Shown here piece after piece: positions 61,982-64,000 of a stretch of DNA of 64,000 nt. A program made the translations under genes and the position numbers. Positions within the stretch are counted from its first letter, which is position 1. Each line of letters opens with the position of its first letter. A model generated the notes under the pieces. It was not told the origin of the DNA. It saw nothing but the letters and a program-made list of their open reading frames with translations, and searched no databases. The stretch is from Eledone cirrhosa (Eukaryota): contig OZ024743.1 in NCBI GenBank assembly GCA_964016885.1, positions 352,718,001-352,782,000 on the forward strand. The letters run 5' to 3'.

Positions 61982-62295
61982 TTAGAACCACTGAGTTTTG
62001 GTTTCAGAAATGTGTGCTAGCTTCCAATGTTGTTTTAAATGAAATGTTTCATTTGTAGCTTTCAAATTTCTAAAGAAAGCCTGCCAGGGCCGTGAGGTGG
62101 CCAACACGTGAGACACCATTTGCTCATAATACAGATAGTTGGAGAGAGATGGAGGTGATGACAGTAGGAGTTCAGCTCTTCTGTATTCGGACACATTTAT
62201 CAATTCTATGTTACTGTTGATACATAGTCCCCCATCTCCCAAGCCTGACCCTTTTGTGACTACATTTCTAGTGAAGTGAATTCTTACTGAATGTA
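61982..62295 (-). CDS. Candidate terminal coding exon, product unknown
   Basis: About 120 stop-free codons in non-repetitive sequence. Pyrimidine-rich acceptor ttatttcattccacgttgttctag. No recognised homology. Confidence 0.2.
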
Positions 62296-64000
62296 CTAGA
62301 ACAACGTGGAATGAAATAACTTGTTCAACTCTAATATTGTTATGTTAACAATATACACCTGATTTAAAATTTGTTTCTGAGTGTATTTTATTAGAACTAT
62401 AAACAAATTTCAACCAGATTATATCTTGATACAAGAACAGAATTGTTATGAATGTCAACATCAGTTACACATCTTGTAATGATTTCATAGAAATATCTAA
62501 AACCAGGTTTGTTAATTCAGATGTTTATTGTACCTTTAATTGTAAATTGATCATTGTGAAAATTAGTGTGATATTTTTCAATAATGTCTTGTTATTTTCT
62601 ATCTTGCTGTTTCATGTGGTACAGGCCGTTAAAAGTTAATTTCATCAGTTATCAACTACAGACCTTCAAACTTAGAAGGTAGAAAAGCAGCATTATATTA
62701 TACAAAACACATAATCTGTCTTTTCACAATGTTACTGAAGCCAGGAATGCTTATGTCTACTGACAAGCAGATCTGAGACATACCTAGTCATAGATAGAAT
62801 GCCAAGCTATTATATGTGAGGAAAAGAATCCATAGAAAAAAATGCCAGAAAAAGGCCTATCCAACCCATGCCAGAATGGAAAAGTGGAAATGATGATGAT
62901 ATAATTAACAAGAAGAAGAAAGCATTGTTCACATTCTCTGATGAGTGAGACTGGTGCAGTTAATGCTCAGTTTGACTTTTGACAGAGAGCTGTGATAGTG
63001 GGATGGAATAAATGATTGAATAGAGTGTTTTAATGTAGAATCTAGGGTGTAAGGATGATGTGAGGAGAAAAAATAAGTGCTGCATCAAGTACATCTGGAT
63101 TGTGGTGGTAGTGTTGGTGATTGTACACAATTTGCAGTTTCTGAGTAACAGAGGCCACTGTAGATGAGAAAGAAAAATATGTTCCTTTAGGATGCAATGT
63201 CTCACAAAGCAGGTTGAGCTAATATTCTTCATAGTAACAAGAAGTATAACTGACTGTGAAGTATTTACTCAGATATTTCATGTATGTTTTATAGAACTTT
63301 CCCCACTCACCTTGTATGTGAGTGTGTGTAATGCCAACATTTCTGTGGTTATTTGACTTGCTGGAAATAATATACAAATCTTCCTCAAATCACACCCTAC
63401 TGTCTTAATAAAAGGAGTCATTGGATAATGTAATCCTATATACACTAAATCAGTTGTTTTTTTTAATAGGAAAAACTGAAGCATATTTGATCACATATCT
63501 ACTCTATCAGTTCTGATCTGGACTATATAACAATAACAATCAACAGACATTTTGAAATAGTATAGACATGTAGTCTGAATGAGAATGGAAGGTATTTTGA
63601 AAATAATCCAGAATTTGGAAGGATTTAGCTATATAACTTACTCATCATTAAACTGGTGTTTGGAGAATAACTTAACAAAAGTCCTTACATAAAATTATGA
63701 TCAAAAACATTTTAAATAAATAAGAAATACTTTAAAATAAACAGCTTTGTATCATATATCCAAGGAGTTTGCTATCAAAAGTGTCCAATTATATCACATA
63801 TTGAAAAAGAAAAGATATGTTCATGGAAACATTACACCAGAAACAAAGATAAGATAATGACAGCTTCAATGCCTTTGATCACCGGTCTGCTCAATCAAAG
63901 CTAACCCTGGGCTAAACAACTGCAAGATGACAATAGAGATAAAAAGAACAAACTGATTAACATCATGATGAGATTTTGTATGTGAGTGGTGTTATTATAT

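Noticed and set aside
62938-62990. Hammerhead at CTGATGA
   Set aside because: There is no GAAA/stem III or stem I partner.
63042-63157. Minus-strand exon after the strong acceptor tttttctttctcatctacag
   Set aside because: The frames are short, the peptide is unrecognised and no donor is supported.

Overview
AT-rich eukaryotic DNA, intronic or intergenic, dominated by microsatellites and transposable elements. The SINE/LINE repertoire and the 5S sequence suggest an octopus or another coleoid cephalopod (inference). No confident host gene is present; one weak exon candidate lies at 61982-62295. Recognisable elements: (1) a young L1/Tx1-type LINE with a 5' inversion and a 13-bp target-site duplication (TSD); (2) RTE LINEs of several ages whose reverse transcriptase (RT) carries an inserted C4HC3 PHD-like finger; (3) Penelope, R4/Dong-like and CR1-like remnants; (4) two Helitrons plus piggyBac- and hAT-type MITEs; (5) many Meta-domain-like and CORE-like tRNA-derived SINEs. 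The most notable observations are a 5S rRNA-oligo(A)-SINE chimera inside one 14-bp TSD, about 14 minimal hammerhead-ribozyme (HHR) motifs in (TA)n-bounded modules (some with a compensatory U3-A8 core), and recurrent fold-back duplications at SINE junctions. All calls were made by eye; no searches were run.
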